The notes under the pieces were generated by a model that ran no database searches, was not told where the DNA came from, and saw nothing but the letters and a program-made list of their open reading frames with translations. A program made the position numbers and the translations under genes. DNA of 64,000 nt from NCBI GenBank assembly GCA_965197645.1, contig OZ240219.1, positions 2,208,001-2,272,000 of the forward strand, in the 5' to 3' direction. This document shows, piece by piece, positions 11,088 to 20,646 of this stretch (within the stretch, counting starts at the first letter, position 1; every line of letters begins with the position of its first letter). The stretch is from Dehalococcoidia bacterium (GTDB lineage Bacteria > Chloroflexota > Dehalococcoidia > Plut-88900).

Positions 11088-11960
11088 ATGAATGTGCAAG
11101 AGGGCTTTATCGACGTGACCGGAGGCAAAGTCTGGTATCGGATCGCCGGTTCGGGCGGCTCGGTCCCTCTAATGGTGCTCCACGGAGGACCGGGCTACCC
11201 CCACGACGATCTGGAAGCCCTCGACCCGCTCTCCGACCAGCGGCCCGTCGTCTACTACGATCAGCTCGGTTGCGGCAGATCGGACCGCCCGGACGATCTG
11301 TCCCTTTGGAAGGCGCCGCGTTTCGTAGAAGAGCTGGGCCGGGTGCGGAGCGCCCTGGGCTTGGATAGAGTCCACATTCTCGGCCACTCCTGGGGCAGCA
11401 TGCTCGCCACCGATTACGCCTTGACCCAGCCTGAAGGCCTGGTGGCTCTGATTCTCGCCAGCCCGCCGATAAGCGTTCCCCGCTGGCTTGAAGATGCGGA
11501 AAAGCTCAAGGCCACTCTGCCGGTGGAGGTGCAGGAGGCCATCGCCAAACACGAGGCCGCCGGCACCGTGGACTCCCAAGAGTATCAGGGCGCTACTAAA
11601 GAGTTCAACAAGCGGTTCGTCTGCCGCCTCGACCCGTTGCCCGAGGTCATGGTCAAAGCGGAAGCGAGCTTCGGTAAAGTGGTCTACGAGACCATGTGGG
11701 GCCCCACCGAGTTCTACATGACCGGCAACCTGGCCGACTATGATCGCACCGGCCGGCTGAAGGAGATCAAGGCGCCCACCCTCTTCACCTGCGGCCGGTA
11801 CGACGAGGCTACCCCGGAGTCGACGGCCTGGTACCACAGCCTGCTTCCCGGATCGGAGATCGCCATCCTGGAGCACAGCGCCCATATGACCCACCTGGAG
11901 GAGACCGAGCGATACATCGGGATAGTCCGCAATTTCCTGGACCGCGCAGAGGCCGGGTAG
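11088..11960 (+). CDS. proline iminopeptidase-family alpha/beta hydrolase
   Basis: HGGPG, YDQLGCGRS, GHSWG; AAGGAGG RBS before ATG 11088. Confidence 0.9.
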   Translation: MNVQEGFIDVTGGKVWYRIAGSGGSVPLMVLHGGPGYPHDDLEALDPLSDQRPVVYYDQLGCGRSDRPDDLSLWKAPRFVEELGRVRSALGLDRVHILGHSWGSMLATDYALTQPEGLVALILASPPISVPRWLEDAEKLKATLPVEVQEAIAKHEAAGTVDSQEYQGATKEFNKRFVCRLDPLPEVMVKAEASFGKVVYETMWGPTEFYMTGNLADYDRTGRLKEIKAPTLFTCGRYDEATPESTAWYHSLLPGSEIAILEHSAHMTHLEETERYIGIVRNFLDRAEAG

Positions 11961-11984
11961 CATCCCCCGGTTATTGACCAGATA

Positions 11985-12013
11985 TTGACCGCAGGCCCGT
12001 TGGCGTATAGAAT
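11985..12013 (+). promoter_or_regulatory. sigma70-type promoter for the aminotransferase gene
   Basis: TTGACC, 17 nt, TAGAAT; the -35 is part of a TATTGACC direct repeat with 11-bp period. Confidence 0.65.
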
Positions 12014-12056
12014 GCCGGCAACGGGTTCGAAGGCGAAAAAGCAAAGGAGACCGTAC

Positions 12057-13412
12057 ATGGTGACCCAGAACTACGAAGAGCTAAAACAGATCGCGAAGGA
12101 CAACTTCTGGCCCCACTCCCAACAGGTTAGCGAGTTCGACGACGAGGGAGGCCTGCAGGTTATCACCAAGGGAGAGGGAGTCTGGGTGGAGGACGTTAGC
12201 GGAAACAGGTACGTCGACGTTCTCTCCGGCATGTGGCTCGTCAACATCGGCTACGGTCGCAAGGAAGTGGCCCAGGCAGCGGCGGAGCAGATCGGCACGG
12301 TGCACTATTCGCCCGAGAACACGACCAACATCCCGGCCTTGACACTTTCCAAGAAGGTGGCATCGCTGTCCAAGGACCCCAAGAGCCGGGTGTTCTTCGT
12401 AAGCGGCGGCTCCGAGGCGGTCGAAACCGCCCTCCAGATGGCTCGCAGATATCATTCCATCAGGGGTGAACCGGGCCGGTTCAAGTTCATAAGCAGAAAG
12501 GACTCCTATCACGGCGCCACCTTCGGATGCATGGGCCTGGGCGGATACAAGGGCACCGCAGAGTTCGGTCCGCTGGTGCCGGGCGGCAACGTCCACGTGA
12601 CCCAGCCTTATCCTTACCGTTGCCAGTACTGCAGCGACAAAGGCGGTTGCAACCTGGAGTGCGCCAGGGACGTTGAGCGGGCCATCGAGCACGAAGGTAA
12701 GGAGACGATAGCCGCCATGATCGGCGAGCCCATCTCCACCGTGAGCACCGAGGCGCCCCACAAAGACTACTGGCCGATGATACGAGAGATATGCGACAAG
12801 AACGGCGTTCTGCTGATCGCCGATGAGGTGATCACGGGCTTCGGCCGCACGGGTAAGATGCTCGGCCAGGAGCACTGGGACTACGTCCCCGACATCACCA
12901 CCATGGCCAAGGGTCTCTCCAGCGGATACGTACCCATCGGCGCCACCATGGCCCGAAAAGAGATAGCTGACGAGTTCGTCGGTAGCGAAGATAAGACCTT
13001 CCACCACCTGTTTACTTTCGGTGGCCACCCCGGCGCCATGGCCGCTGCGCTGAAGAACCTGGAGATCATGGAAGGCGAGGGGATGGTGGAGAACAGCGCC
13101 GCCATGGGCCAGTACCTCTACGACCAGCTCCAGACCCTGTACGAGCACGAGATCGTCGGTAACATAACGGGCGGAGTTGGACTGCTCGCATCGGTGGAGC
13201 TGGTGAAGGACCGGGCCACCAAGGAGAAGTTCCCGCAAGAGCTGAAGCTTGGCGACAAGCTGACGGAAGGTTTCCTCAAGAGAGGAATCCTGACCAGGCA
13301 GCGGGGCGAGATGATCTTCCTCAGCCCGCCCCTGTGCATCACCCGCGATGAGGTTGATCACATAGTCAAGGGCCTCAACGAGTCGATATCCGACGCTGCC
13401 GCTACCCTATAG
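12057..13412 (+). CDS. class III PLP aminotransferase (omega-amino acid/taurine/polyamine type)
   Basis: SGGSEAVE, YHGAT, DEVITGFGRTG, MAKGL; AAGGAG RBS. Confidence 0.92.
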   Translation: MVTQNYEELKQIAKDNFWPHSQQVSEFDDEGGLQVITKGEGVWVEDVSGNRYVDVLSGMWLVNIGYGRKEVAQAAAEQIGTVHYSPENTTNIPALTLSKKVASLSKDPKSRVFFVSGGSEAVETALQMARRYHSIRGEPGRFKFISRKDSYHGATFGCMGLGGYKGTAEFGPLVPGGNVHVTQPYPYRCQYCSDKGGCNLECARDVERAIEHEGKETIAAMIGEPISTVSTEAPHKDYWPMIREICDKNGVLLIADEVITGFGRTGKMLGQEHWDYVPDITTMAKGLSSGYVPIGATMARKEIADEFVGSEDKTFHHLFTFGGHPGAMAAALKNLEIMEGEGMVENSAAMGQYLYDQLQTLYEHEIVGNITGGVGLLASVELVKDRATKEKFPQELKLGDKLTEGFLKRGILTRQRGEMIFLSPPLCITRDEVDHIVKGLNESISDAAATL

Positions 13413-13458
13413 TAGCCGTAACGTAACGCCGGGCCTCGGCTCGAGTACCTGGCAAACA

Positions 13459-13498
13459 ATCGGCCTCCAGGAGACATCCTGGAGGCCGATGCTTTTCC
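13459..13498 (+). terminator. intrinsic terminator between convergent genes
   Basis: Perfect 14-bp stem atcggcctccagga-gaca-tcctggaggccgat followed by gctttt. Confidence 0.8.
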
Positions 13499-13597
13499 GG
13501 CGCCAATTCAGGCTGGAGGTAGCTTCCAGTTGGCCGGTATCGTTCGGGCGGTGTTGTGGCCGAAGTCCCCGTCACTCCCCCACGCCGATGAGCCCCG

Positions 13598-15274
13598 CTA
13601 GCTGAGGACGTATCTTCGATTTAGCGCCACTTGATCAACGGCCTCCGAGGTCACGATTGCCCCGTCCACCGATACCTCATACGTGTCCAGGTTCACGTCT
13701 ATGTCGGGGCTGAGGCTGTTGTGCAGCATGTGACGCTTGGATACCCCGCGGACGTTCCTGACGGGCAGCAGCTGGCGCCGGCTGCCCAGTTTGCCTTCCA
13801 ACCCCTCCTCCATCGATGCCTGGGAGACGAAGAAAGCGCTCAGCCTGGCGGGAGCATGTCCCAACCCGCCGAAGGAGGGGCCGTAGATCACGGGCTCGCA
13901 GCTCCTGATCGATCCGTTACCCTCGCCGAGGACGGACCAAGATGCGAATCCCGCCTTGATCACCACCTCCGGCTTGACGCCGAAGAACCGAGGGTCCCAC
14001 AGCACAATGTCGGCCATCTTGCCCTTTTCCAGCGACCCGACGTAGTCCGAAATCCCGTGGGTCACCGCCGGGTTGATAGTGTACTTGGCGATGTACCGGA
14101 GGATCCGATCGTTGTCGTGCTCGGTATCGTCGGCGCCGCGTTCCTGCTTCATCTTGTGGGCTAGCTGCCAGGTCCGGGAGATCACTTCACCGATGCGCCC
14201 GAAGCCCTGGGAGTCGGAGTTGATGATGGGAATGGCGCCGACGTCGTTGAGATAGTTCTCGGCGGCCATGGTGCCGTGTCGGATGAGGCCATCTCTCGTC
14301 GCCACGTCCTCGGGCAGATTCAGATCCAGGTCGTGGACCGGGCCGGCGGTCATCATGCTTTCCACGTAGGTGCCGGCGGTGTAGGGGAGGGTGGGGTTCG
14401 TAGACGACGTTACCATGCTATCGATACCGGCTATCCTGATCAGGTCCGGCGCATGCCCTCCTCCCGAACCCTCGATGTGGTACACGTGGACTGCGCGCCC
14501 GCCCACGGCATCTATCGTGTCCGCGAGCTGCATGGACTCGTGGAGACCATCGGTGTGGAGGGCCACGGAGACGTCATACTCGTCGGCGACGGTCAAGCAG
14601 CCATCAACGATGTATGGGAAAGTGCCCGAGTACTCGTGGATCTTGAGCCCGCAAGCGCCGTCTTCTATGACCCTGGCCAGCGGCTCCCGGTGGCTTTGCG
14701 CCCCTCTGCCCTGCACGCCCAGGTTTACCGGCAGCTCCTCGAACGCCTGGAAGTAGGTGTGTATCACCGAAGCGTTGTTGGTGTTGTGACCTGCGCCGAT
14801 CAACGTGGTCAGCCCTGACGTGAGGGCCGCCTTCATCTGGGATGGCGCATAGTAGATGTGGACGTGGGTATCTATCCCTCCGGCCGTCGCTATCAGCTTG
14901 TTGCCGGGATGGATGACCGTGTTGGGCCCCACCTCCAAGTCTATATCGTCCACGATGTCGGGGTTGCCGGAGCGACCGACGCCCGCTATCAACCCGTCCT
15001 TCACCCCGATGTCTCCCTTGAAGATTCCCAGCACCGGATCGATTATCAACACGTGGCTGATGAGGAGGTCCAGCTCGCTGTCCCCGGGCGATCGGTAGCC
15101 GTACATCATACCGGTCCGCATCGTCTTGCCCCATCCCCTCAGCACTTCATCCCCGTAGGAGGTGTAGTCGGCTTCGACCTTTGCTATCAGGTCGGTATCG
15201 CCGAGCCTTACCCGGTCGCCTGCGGCGGGCCCGTACAGAGTGTTGTATCTGGTCCGATCCATCTCGAACGACAT
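13598..15274 (-). CDS. ureC: urease alpha subunit-like metallo-amidohydrolase (divergent, stand-alone)
   Basis: YGP..GDRVRLGDT, DTHVH, GLKIHE, HTD, HIEGSGGGHAPD, SDSQ..GR.GE, RYIAKYTINPA. Confidence 0.85.
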   Translation of the reverse strand: MSFEMDRTRYNTLYGPAAGDRVRLGDTDLIAKVEADYTSYGDEVLRGWGKTMRTGMMYGYRSPGDSELDLLISHVLIIDPVLGIFKGDIGVKDGLIAGVGRSGNPDIVDDIDLEVGPNTVIHPGNKLIATAGGIDTHVHIYYAPSQMKAALTSGLTTLIGAGHNTNNASVIHTYFQAFEELPVNLGVQGRGAQSHREPLARVIEDGACGLKIHEYSGTFPYIVDGCLTVADEYDVSVALHTDGLHESMQLADTIDAVGGRAVHVYHIEGSGGGHAPDLIRIAGIDSMVTSSTNPTLPYTAGTYVESMMTAGPVHDLDLNLPEDVATRDGLIRHGTMAAENYLNDVGAIPIINSDSQGFGRIGEVISRTWQLAHKMKQERGADDTEHDNDRILRYIAKYTINPAVTHGISDYVGSLEKGKMADIVLWDPRFFGVKPEVVIKAGFASWSVLGEGNGSIRSCEPVIYGPSFGGLGHAPARLSAFFVSQASMEEGLEGKLGSRRQLLPVRNVRGVSKRHMLHNSLSPDIDVNLDTYEVSVDGAIVTSEAVDQVALNRRYVLS

Positions 15275-15444
15275 TGAGAGTCCTTTCAGCCGGCTCGGTG
15301 GGAACGACGGCTCAGATTATACATCCATTGAGAGAGCAATCTAGGCGCGGCCGTGTGCTACAATACGTCGCTGCCACCCAACGTCAGCTGCTGGACCAAC
15401 GCCCGTGAGGTCTGGTCTCGCTCCGGCAGTAACGAGGTCTCGAA

Positions 15445-16260
15445 ATGGGTTTCAATACGATAAAGCTGGACAAGAGCGACCGGGTCGCCGTCATCACCCT
15501 TGACCGGCCGGAGAAGATGAACGCCCTCAGCGGGGAGCTGCTGGGCGAGCTGGACCAGGCCTTCGATGACGTTCACGCCGACCAGGATGTCAACGTGCTG
15601 GTGGTGACCGGCAACGGCAGGGCCTTTTCCGCCGGTTTCGACCTTACCCCGGGCGGCGCCAGGCCGGAGCGACCGGCCACCGCAGATTGGGACTCGACCC
15701 ACCTGGCCCCTCGCATACTGATGAAGCTGTGGAACATCCGCCAGCCCACCATCAGCGCCGTAAATGGCTATGCCCTGGCGGCGGGCAACGTTCTCGCCAT
15801 GTCCGCGGATATCGTCATAGCTTCCGAGGAGGCCAAGTTCGGGGAGCCCGAGATTCGACACGTCGCCCACTCTCCCGCCGTGCTCCTTCCCTTCATGATC
15901 CCCCTAAGGCATCTCCACTGGCTCTACTACACCGGCGACATGATAGATGCCAGGACGGCGGAAAAGTGGAACATGGTGAACCTGGTGGTCCCCCACGACC
16001 GGCTCATGGAGGAGACCCTGAAGGTAGCCGAACGGATAGCTAAGGTGCCGCCCTACGCCACCCAGATGATGAAGCGCAGCATCAAGAGCGCCTACGACAA
16101 GATGGGCTTCACCGAGGCCTTCGAGCACCACTTGATGCTGAGAATGATCGAGAACACCGCTAGTCACGTACCCGAGCGCCAGGCTTTGGACATCATCCGG
16201 CAGGAGCAGGGCCTAAAGGCGTTCCTTGAGGCCCGCGACGGCCCGTTCAGGGAAGAGTAG
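15445..16260 (+). CDS. enoyl-CoA hydratase/isomerase family protein
   Basis: RPEKMNAL, FSAGFDL, AVNGYALAAG, FGEPE. Confidence 0.9.
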   Translation: MGFNTIKLDKSDRVAVITLDRPEKMNALSGELLGELDQAFDDVHADQDVNVLVVTGNGRAFSAGFDLTPGGARPERPATADWDSTHLAPRILMKLWNIRQPTISAVNGYALAAGNVLAMSADIVIASEEAKFGEPEIRHVAHSPAVLLPFMIPLRHLHWLYYTGDMIDARTAEKWNMVNLVVPHDRLMEETLKVAERIAKVPPYATQMMKRSIKSAYDKMGFTEAFEHHLMLRMIENTASHVPERQALDIIRQEQGLKAFLEARDGPFREE

Positions 16261-16267
16261 GAGCTAC

Positions 16268-16669
16268 ATGATTGACCAGAAGACCGAACAGTTTTTGAAG
16301 CGCACACTCGTTGCGGTAATCGGCACCATTGATGCGCATGGCCGGCCTCGAACAGCGCCCATCTGGTACCACTGGGAGGATGGGGCCGCCTACATGTTCA
16401 CCGATCGCAGCACGCTGAAATGGCGCAACATTCTGCGAAATCCCCAAGCATCCCTGTGTATAGACGACCGTAATCCGCCGTACAAGCTGGTATCGATGGA
16501 TGGCCCGGTGGAGGAGGTGGACAGGTCCGTCTACCAGCTGATAAAGGGCATGGCTTTGAGGTACTACGGCGAGAAGGAAGGGCAGGCCTTCGCCGACAAC
16601 TACAAGGACGAGCCGGAGAACGTGGTGGCGTTCAAGCTGACGCCCCGGCACGTAAACGCCGAGCTGTAG
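16268..16669 (+). CDS. PPOX-class (pyridoxamine 5'-phosphate oxidase-like) probable F420-dependent protein
   Basis: GTIDAHGRP..PIWY, KWRNILRNPQASL; AGGAG RBS. Confidence 0.82.
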   Translation: MIDQKTEQFLKRTLVAVIGTIDAHGRPRTAPIWYHWEDGAAYMFTDRSTLKWRNILRNPQASLCIDDRNPPYKLVSMDGPVEEVDRSVYQLIKGMALRYYGEKEGQAFADNYKDEPENVVAFKLTPRHVNAEL

Positions 16670-16671
16670 CG

Positions 16672-17724
16672 CTATCCGGCAACCAGGTCGGGACGGCAGG
16701 CCCTCATTGTTGCCAGCACGCCGCCCAATCCCCGCCGTGCCGCCACCACCCGGACCATAGCGATGTCCAGCCCTTGGGACAGACTTCGGAACGCCTGGGC
16801 GGCCCCTTCCGCCTTGCCGAAGTAGCCCACCTTCAGCAGCATATCTGCCGGGAAGGCGTCGGCCAGCTCATCGGGGGATGCATCGTTCTCTCGCATCCTG
16901 TCCAGGTTGGCCAGCGCTTTACCGAATCCCATCCGCTCGAAGTGGGCGCGGTATCCCAGGGACCGGCTTTTGGCTGAGGCCCCCTTAGGCCCTAGGGCGT
17001 AGTCCATAGTCGCCTTAGCGAAGGCCCTCCGAGCCGTATCCACGTCGTCGTCAATACAGACCCGGATGTACTCGGCTACCTTGATGTCTTCAGGGTCCCG
17101 GCCTGCGGTGCTTGCGCCCTCAGTGATGCGCTCCCTGCTCCAGGCGATCTGATCCGGGGTGCACCAGTTGAGGGCCAGCCCGTCGGCCACCTCACCGCCC
17201 AGGCGCAGCATCTTCGGTCCGAGGGCGCCGAGATATACCGGTGTGTTGGGCGTGGGACGAATGAACAGGCTGACCCCGTTCAGCTTGACGCTGGGCCCGT
17301 CGTGGGTGACCTCCTCACCAGCTACTAGCCTGCGGATAGTGGTAACGTAGTCTCTCATCACGTCCAGTGAGGAGACGGCAGGGAGCCCGAACTGCCTTCG
17401 GCCGCCCGGTGTGTATATCCCTCCCGATCCGATGCCCATGATGAAGCGTCCTCCGGTCATCGCGCTCAGCGTGCCCCCGCTCATGGCGAGGCTAAGCGGG
17501 GTGCGAGTGGCCACGGGCGAAACGGAGATGCCCGTCGTCAGCCCGTCGGGGACGACCTCCCTGGTTGCCGCCCATCTGTGAGCACAGACCTGGAAAGAGT
17601 CGTGCCCGGTGCCTTCGGGGGTCCAGATGCTGGTGTAGCCGAGTCTGGCCGCCTCCTTCGAGGCCTCTGCTTCTTCGTCGAAGGAGAGGCGGAGAGTAGG
17701 GTCCAGACCGACGCCTATTTCCAT
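16672..17724 (-). CDS. LLM-class flavin/F420-dependent oxidoreductase
   Basis: GRFIMGIGSG, PVYLGALGPKMLRLGGEVADG. Confidence 0.88.
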   Translation of the reverse strand: MEIGVGLDPTLRLSFDEEAEASKEAARLGYTSIWTPEGTGHDSFQVCAHRWAATREVVPDGLTTGISVSPVATRTPLSLAMSGGTLSAMTGGRFIMGIGSGGIYTPGGRRQFGLPAVSSLDVMRDYVTTIRRLVAGEEVTHDGPSVKLNGVSLFIRPTPNTPVYLGALGPKMLRLGGEVADGLALNWCTPDQIAWSRERITEGASTAGRDPEDIKVAEYIRVCIDDDVDTARRAFAKATMDYALGPKGASAKSRSLGYRAHFERMGFGKALANLDRMRENDASPDELADAFPADMLLKVGYFGKAEGAAQAFRSLSQGLDIAMVRVVAARRGLGGVLATMRACRPDLVAG

Positions 17725-17883
17725 GGGATTGTTCCTTCCATTTTCGCTCGATAGTATCAGCCGCCGGCTACTAATTCAATGATCCGTCCCCAACCCCTAC
17801 CGCTTGATCGGTCTCTCTTAGAGGTGGTAGCGCTGGCTCGTCTTGGGGAGATCAATGGAGGTGCCGTCAATCCGCCTCGCTCT

Positions 17884-19227
17884 TTAGCCGACTCCGGCAA
17901 GGGTTGGAGCGCCCGTTGTAGACGACCCCGGATGGCCCGGCATGCCATGCATCGGGCAGCCGATACAGCCACGGGCGGCCCCGCATGGCGCCGTTGAGGG
18001 TGCCGTTGGGTCCGGGGTATCCGCGGCCTGTTCCCTCGGCTCATTCTCTCGGAACAAGTCCAACCGTAGCTGCTTCGCTTTCGGAGGCCGGTGGCCGGGG
18101 AAGACGAGGAACGGCCATGCCCGCTTCTTGATCACACCCATCAGCTGCAGGTCACGCCACGCATCGATGCTATGCTGCTTCCGGTTCTTCACGATCCGGT
18201 CGACGGCGGTAGGCCCCACCCCCGGCACCCTCAGAAGCTGCTCCCTGCCGGAGGAGTTCACGTCCAGGGGGAAAGCCTCCAGGTTCTCCGTGGCGATGGT
18301 GGTCTTCGGGTCCTGGTCCATCGAAAGGTACCCGGATCCGTCGAAGGCCTGCTCTATCTCATCGTTGGAGAACCGGTATATCCTCTTCAGCCAGTCCATC
18401 TGGTAGAGACGGTGGGAGCGGGTCATCGATGTTGCTGGATGCTCCTCCAGGGGAGTGTGGCGTACCGGCTGAAAGTTGGCGTAGTAGGCTCGTTTCAGGT
18501 TCCACTCACCGTAGAGCTGGTCTATCCGACGGAATATCTCCCGGTCGGATTCGTTGGCAGCGCCCACGACGAACTGGGTGGCCTGGCCCACGGCGCCTCC
18601 TGACGCGGCGTGGGTTAGGTCGTTGATCCACTCCATCGGAGCCAGGATGTCCCGCTGCAAGTCCTTCATTTTGCTCAGCACTTTCATCTTCTCCACGGTG
18701 GGAGTCTCGATGTTGACCGAAAGGCGAGTCCCTAGCCGGTGGGCCGCCTCGACGTACTGATACTCGGTGCCGGGCATCACCTTCAGGTGAATGTAGCCCT
18801 TGAACCCGTATCTGTGGCGGATGATCTCCACCACGTCGATGAGCTTTGCCGTGGTCTTCGAGCCGCTGCCCGCCACCCCGGAGCTAAGAAACAATCCGTC
18901 GACAGTGTGGCGGCTCTGGAGCTCCATGAAGGCGCCGGCCAGCTCCTCCCTCTTGAAGGCGAACCGTTTCCTCGGCACCCAGTGGCTGTTGGGACAGAAA
19001 TGGCAGTCCATCTTGCAGAAATCGGTAAACATCACCCTCATGAGGCTGATGGTCTTGCCGTTGGGCATAGAGGCCTTGTAAACGCCGGGCAGCGGGTTCT
19101 TCTTCGGGTCGGAGTAGGGCCTGCGCTCCCGCGGCCGGGATGGCTGCTGGGATAGCATATCGTCACTGGCCATTCCGCCCAGTATCTGAAGCTTCTCGTA
19201 GGTATCGGGAGTGCGCCTGATCAACAT
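17884..19227 (-). CDS. putative DNA modification/repair radical SAM protein with helix-hairpin-helix (TIGR03916-like)
   Basis: CKMDCHFC; GLFLSSG; YIHLKVMPG; RLYQMDWL; LLRVPGVGP. Confidence 0.88.
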   Translation of the reverse strand: MLIRRTPDTYEKLQILGGMASDDMLSQQPSRPRERRPYSDPKKNPLPGVYKASMPNGKTISLMRVMFTDFCKMDCHFCPNSHWVPRKRFAFKREELAGAFMELQSRHTVDGLFLSSGVAGSGSKTTAKLIDVVEIIRHRYGFKGYIHLKVMPGTEYQYVEAAHRLGTRLSVNIETPTVEKMKVLSKMKDLQRDILAPMEWINDLTHAASGGAVGQATQFVVGAANESDREIFRRIDQLYGEWNLKRAYYANFQPVRHTPLEEHPATSMTRSHRLYQMDWLKRIYRFSNDEIEQAFDGSGYLSMDQDPKTTIATENLEAFPLDVNSSGREQLLRVPGVGPTAVDRIVKNRKQHSIDAWRDLQLMGVIKKRAWPFLVFPGHRPPKAKQLRLDLFRENEPREQAADTPDPTAPSTAPCGAARGCIGCPMHGMPGHPGSSTTGAPTLAGVG

Positions 19228-19247
19228 TGCCGTGACTCCTTTACAGT

Positions 19248-19261
19248 AGAACGTATGTTCT
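19248..19261. promoter_or_regulatory. LexA (SOS) box, GAAC-N4-GTTC type
   Basis: Palindrome AGAAC-GTAT-GTTCT 20 nt upstream of the radical SAM ATG, between a TTGACA (19283-19278, minus strand) and the AAGGAG RBS. Confidence 0.8.
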
Positions 19262-19522
19262 CACGTGACAAAGGGAATGTCAAGAGTAAAGGTAGACCGG
19301 CGTCTACGGGCGGCAAATACGGCAGGCTGTCCCAGGCCGGGGAACTCTCATGCTATGGGCATCGAATTGATTATCCTGTAGAATCCCATTCGCCACGCAG
19401 AAAGTGCTAGACCATGTCCACTCTGGTAATGGATCGGGGCCTTACCCCCTCTTTTCGGTTCAGAATGAGACGAGTTCTTTGCGTGGCAACAGAGCCTCGG
19501 CCTATACCGCAAGGAGGTTCCA

Positions 19523-20251
19523 TTGTCCTGCCCCACACCTCCCTCGCCACCACCTACGTTGCGTGACTACGGACTAACAGAAGAGGAGTACCAGGTCTAT
19601 CTGCATTACAAAAACAAAACGAATAGAACGAACGAAAAGAATAGAACCCTCTCATTTGGGGACACATGGAAAGGGAAAATACTTGGTTTCCTTCGGTTCT
19701 GGCGAAGCGATACCGTTCCCTACTCGTTCAATTACAGCCTACTGTATGAAGAATACTGCCTACCGTATGAAGAATACTGCCTACGATATGAAGAAGCGCG
19801 AGTAACCTATGATTGGGACCGGTGGGATGACTATCTGAACCGGCAGGTGGCTAAGAGGAGACAGAGAAAAGAGGCCAAAAGAGCGAGTTTCAGGAAGAAA
19901 GTCGGCTATTGGCAATCGTTGAAGGCTGTTCGCCTTGAGAAAGAGTGTGCCAGTCTATTCGCACGGCAGGACTACCTTGTAACAGACACGCCACCATCAG
20001 GGGATGAAGGCATTGATCTCATTCTAGAGAAAGATGGGAAGAAAACTGTCGTGCAGTGCAAAGGGTACGAAGACCCAGCCGGGCCTAATATCGTGAGGGA
20101 ACTGTTCGGGAGCATGCATCATTTCAAGGCCGACAGCGCCATACTAGTATGCACAGGAGGTTTCACGAGGGGAGTATGGGACTTCGTTAAAGGAAAGCCG
20201 ATACGCCTGATGTCCGCCAAGACCTTAGCGCAAGAATCAGGTGGGCAATGA
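19523..20251 (+). CDS. Mrr-like (type IV) restriction endonuclease domain protein
   Basis: C-terminal SGDEGID...VVQCK...VRELFG...TGGFT Mrr_cat motif; AAGGAGG before TTG. Confidence 0.75.
   Translation: MSCPTPPSPPPTLRDYGLTEEEYQVYLHYKNKTNRTNEKNRTLSFGDTWKGKILGFLRFWRSDTVPYSFNYSLLYEEYCLPYEEYCLRYEEARVTYDWDRWDDYLNRQVAKRRQRKEAKRASFRKKVGYWQSLKAVRLEKECASLFARQDYLVTDTPPSGDEGIDLILEKDGKKTVVQCKGYEDPAGPNIVRELFGSMHHFKADSAILVCTGGFTRGVWDFVKGKPIRLMSAKTLAQESGGQ
19738..19795 (+). repeat. 21-bp in-frame tandem repeat (about 2.7 units)
   Basis: tatgaagaa at 19745, 19766 and 19787, encoding YEEYCLP-YEEYCLR-YEE. Confidence 0.8.
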
Positions 20252-20335
20252 GCGAGTAGTGAATGGAAATAGACAAGCTCCAAAGTCCACGTGATTGGCA
20301 GTCCTGGATACAGGGGGCTGAAAGGAGACATCTAA

Positions 20336-20629
20336 ATGACCACGCCAGAAGACGACCCTCTATACCGGCCTGAGCTCCCCTTCACAAACGGAGCTGTAGC
20401 ACAATTCTTCACTGCCTTGGGCACCGCAATCATGCAGATTGACCGTGTGCCTCGCGAGGAGCTCACAAGCAACAACTTTTTGGAGGCTGTTGCTTACTAT
20501 CGGCAGAATCCAAATTCCTCAGTAGAAACAGCACTTCTCGATGCCCAAACTAGTAAAGAGACCGGAATCTTGCTGGGAATGTTGGAACTAGCTGTTCGCG
20601 AAGCGCGGGATTTGAATCCCCCCAAGTAA
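20336..20629 (+). CDS. hypothetical protein
   Basis: 97-aa ORF with strong AAAGGAG RBS; no family recognised. Confidence 0.6.
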   Translation: MTTPEDDPLYRPELPFTNGAVAQFFTALGTAIMQIDRVPREELTSNNFLEAVAYYRQNPNSSVETALLDAQTSKETGILLGMLELAVREARDLNPPK

Positions 20630-20646
20630 GAGTCTTTGCTGTCATC

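Noticed and set aside
11169-13361. Long antisense ORFs (e.g. 11169-12044, 12081-13361; likewise 35998-37260, 54616-55947, 49331-50461)
   Set aside because: Typical high-GC antisense shadows of well-supported genes, with no motifs or RBS.
19348-19536. 62-aa minus-strand ORF in the islet
   Set aside because: No RBS or recognisable motif; it overlaps the nuclease start.
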